Shown here in pieces: positions 61,924 to 64,000 of a stretch of DNA of 64,000 nt. The translations under genes and the position numbers were made by a program. The notes below the pieces were generated by a model, which did not search any database, was not told the origin of the DNA, and saw nothing but the letters and a program-made list of their open reading frames with translations. The first letter of the stretch is position 1, and the number at the start of each line of letters is the position of its first letter. This DNA comes from Azolla caroliniana (Eukaryota; Plantae; Polypodiophyta): NCBI GenBank assembly GCA_043228905.1, contig JBHGNT010000001.1:11842001-11906000 (forward strand). Direction: 5' to 3'.

Positions 61924-63454
61924 GTCATGACTCATAGCAAAATTTTATGTTAGTGTCATATTACTTCTTCCCCCCCCTTGCCCCCTTTATGATTAGAAAT
62001 TAACTCTACCTAATGGTTAGTTGTCATGCTACTTTTGCCTATGTCTAGGGTTCAATTCCCAATTTTCTCATATCCTCTCTTTAGTGTCATGTCATGGCCA
62101 AACTTTTATGTTAGTGTCATGTTCATTTTTTCTTTTATTTTTTTATTTTTTTGTTATTAGAAATTAGCTCACCCTAGTGGTAAGTGCTTGTGTCATGTTT
62201 TCTTCATATTCTCGAATATACGTTTTATGAGTTTTTGAACATTTGATTATAATTTATAAGGACATATTTTAATTCAAATCACTAGTTTATACTCATTTTT
62301 TTGTAAATTTCTAAAGTGAGGAGGATAGAGATGTCTTGATTCTTAAGCAGCATCCCAAAGGCATGCATGTGATACAATACAAATATTGCAACCATACTTA
62401 TGGTGGTGGTTCACAATGGATTAGAGTCCACTTATTGGGATTGAGAGTGAATCAATATATAATATAGGCCATAGTCAATCCAATCCAACGTGTCAATCCA
62501 ATCCAACTTTGAGATGATTTACCATACACATTTGATTGAATCATTCTCAAATGCGAATGCACACATGTTATGTATGGTCCATTCTATCATTGCAAACATG
62601 AGGGTTCTTACTTTAGTACCATATTAGTTTAAAGCGACGTTTGTATGTGTATGCATGTGCATGGTTGTGTTTGTATGTGTGTATTTGTATGCATGTATGA
62701 ATGCATGCACACATGCATTTGCAACATTCTCTCACATGCTTTTTTTGCCATGTTACTCTATGTATCTGCTATTTTCATTTCTCATGAAAGATGAACTCTT
62801 TCGGTCTTGAGAAACCTCATGCGACTTCAAGAAGTGATTGACAATACAGGCCAAAGATTCTAGTGACAATCAAGCAAGAGTTTGTTGTGATTTGTGCAAG
62901 CTTTTGTGCGAATTCAAGCTCAAATCCACATATACCATGCTCTAAAAAAGAAAGGTGGACCAATACAACTTCCGAAGAGCTTATGCCATACCATTTGAAT
63001 CTCGACAAACCAACACTGAGGTGCACATAAAAAACACTTAATTTATTTCGTGATATCTTTGCTAGAAAGGCCGTAGATCTTGTTGATATGTGTTATATTA
63101 ACGATAATCTTATTCTGCTAACCCAAACATGAAGTTCCATTCTCTTGTTTCGTTTCCAAATTTTTTTATTATTCAAGGTGGCATTATAGCATAGGAACAA
63201 TGGAAGAGATTGAAGCATGTGTATATTTGGGCAAGAAATGACGTATATGAATGTCTTGACCCTGAATAGCTCTTGCAATGTTGGAGTTTCCTTTGAAACT
63301 ATAAGGAAGTAGGCTTCATTAATTCAAGCTTCCAGCATTGATGGCTTGGAGAAAAGTGAGCTCATCAAGGAAAATATAGTAACATGAAAATCACTACGAA
63401 TGCATCCAGACACGGTTATAAATAAATAAATAAATAGTTATGGTTGCTTATTAT

Positions 63455-63686
63455 ATTATGAACCACAAAAGTTGATGTTATTGTGCATGGGATCACTTAG
63501 GAGGTGAAGGTATAACGATTGATGCTTCTTGATTATTACTCTACATCTTTTGTTTGGTGCATATTCTATTATGAACCAAAAAAGTTGATCTTATTGTGCA
63601 TGGGATCAATACTTTAGGATTACTTAAGAGGTGAAGATAATATAATGATTCATGCTTCTTGATTATTACTCTACATCTTTTGTTTG
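63455..63686. repeat. ~110-125-bp imperfect tandem duplication
   Basis: attatgaacca.aaaagttgat.ttattgtgcatgggatca...atgcttcttgattattactctacatcttttgtttg occurs twice. Confidence 0.8.
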
Positions 63687-64000
63687 CAACTATCATTTTG
63701 ATCATGGTATTTCATTCGCACAACATATTAACCTTCTGTTTCTTATTGTTAATATATAGGTTTTCAACTTATTTAATGATGGTGCTCAACAAAGAAGAAG
63801 TAAAAAAAAGTGTTTTTAGTGTGTCGATTTGCAAATCTCAGATTTCATAAGGACTATGATAAAGAGCATGTACATGAAGCTTGTTCACATTTACGTTGAT
63901 GACAACCCAACACTATTTTCTTGCAAATTTTAGATTAAATGTTCTTGATGTAAAGCTTTGTGGGTTCCAAAGCCTACTTACTTTGTTTTTGCTGAATAGA

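Larger units (their letters stand above)
59871..62264 (-). mobile_element. Probable LTR U3 remnant with tandem tRNA-like units, host of the hAT insertion
   Basis: Minus strand from 62264 reads TGTCC...AATGTTCAAAAACTCATAAAACGTATATTCGAGAATA, resembling the start of the 52635-53740 LTR (TGTCG...AATGTGAAAATCCCATAAAACGTACGAAATCGAGTATA). A/B-box units at ~59902, ~60121, ~62001 and a partial one at ~62165. The other end is undefined. Confidence 0.45.

Noticed and set aside
62340-63400. Possible decayed transposase (likewise 40300-41500, 42500-43600 and 61000-61450)
   Set aside because: The composition looks like old coding DNA but no diagnostic motif is recognisable by eye; a profile search would be needed.

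Overview
This is eukaryotic nuclear DNA from a land plant. The TE-filled introns, abundant (GA)n/(CA)n/(TA)n tracts and retroelement types suggest a non-seed plant such as a fern, but that is inference. I can reconstruct four host genes. (1) A 6-exon small coiled-coil gene (11813-17590, +) that the ORF track misses. (2) A 9-exon, probably plastid-targeted CCoAOMT-like O-methyltransferase (18908-26632, +). (3, 4) A divergent pair of intronless, secreted, extremely Gly-rich protein genes (28553-29146 -, 33329-33877 +); the second has an 8-Cys module split by a 103-aa mostly poly-Gly loop. The rest is largely transposon debris: two LINE types, chromovirus remnants, solo LTRs, hAT-type MITEs and non-autonomous elements with clear TSDs, a GRP7-like RRM retrocopy, and a 10-kb nest of two convergent Copia 5' halves joined through a GC-rich, tRNA-Trp-primed, pol-less Ty3/gypsy-like element. 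The most unusual recurrent signal is a tRNA-like A-box/B-box module lying antisense inside the U3 region of several different LTRs. All alignments were made by eye and no database searches were run.
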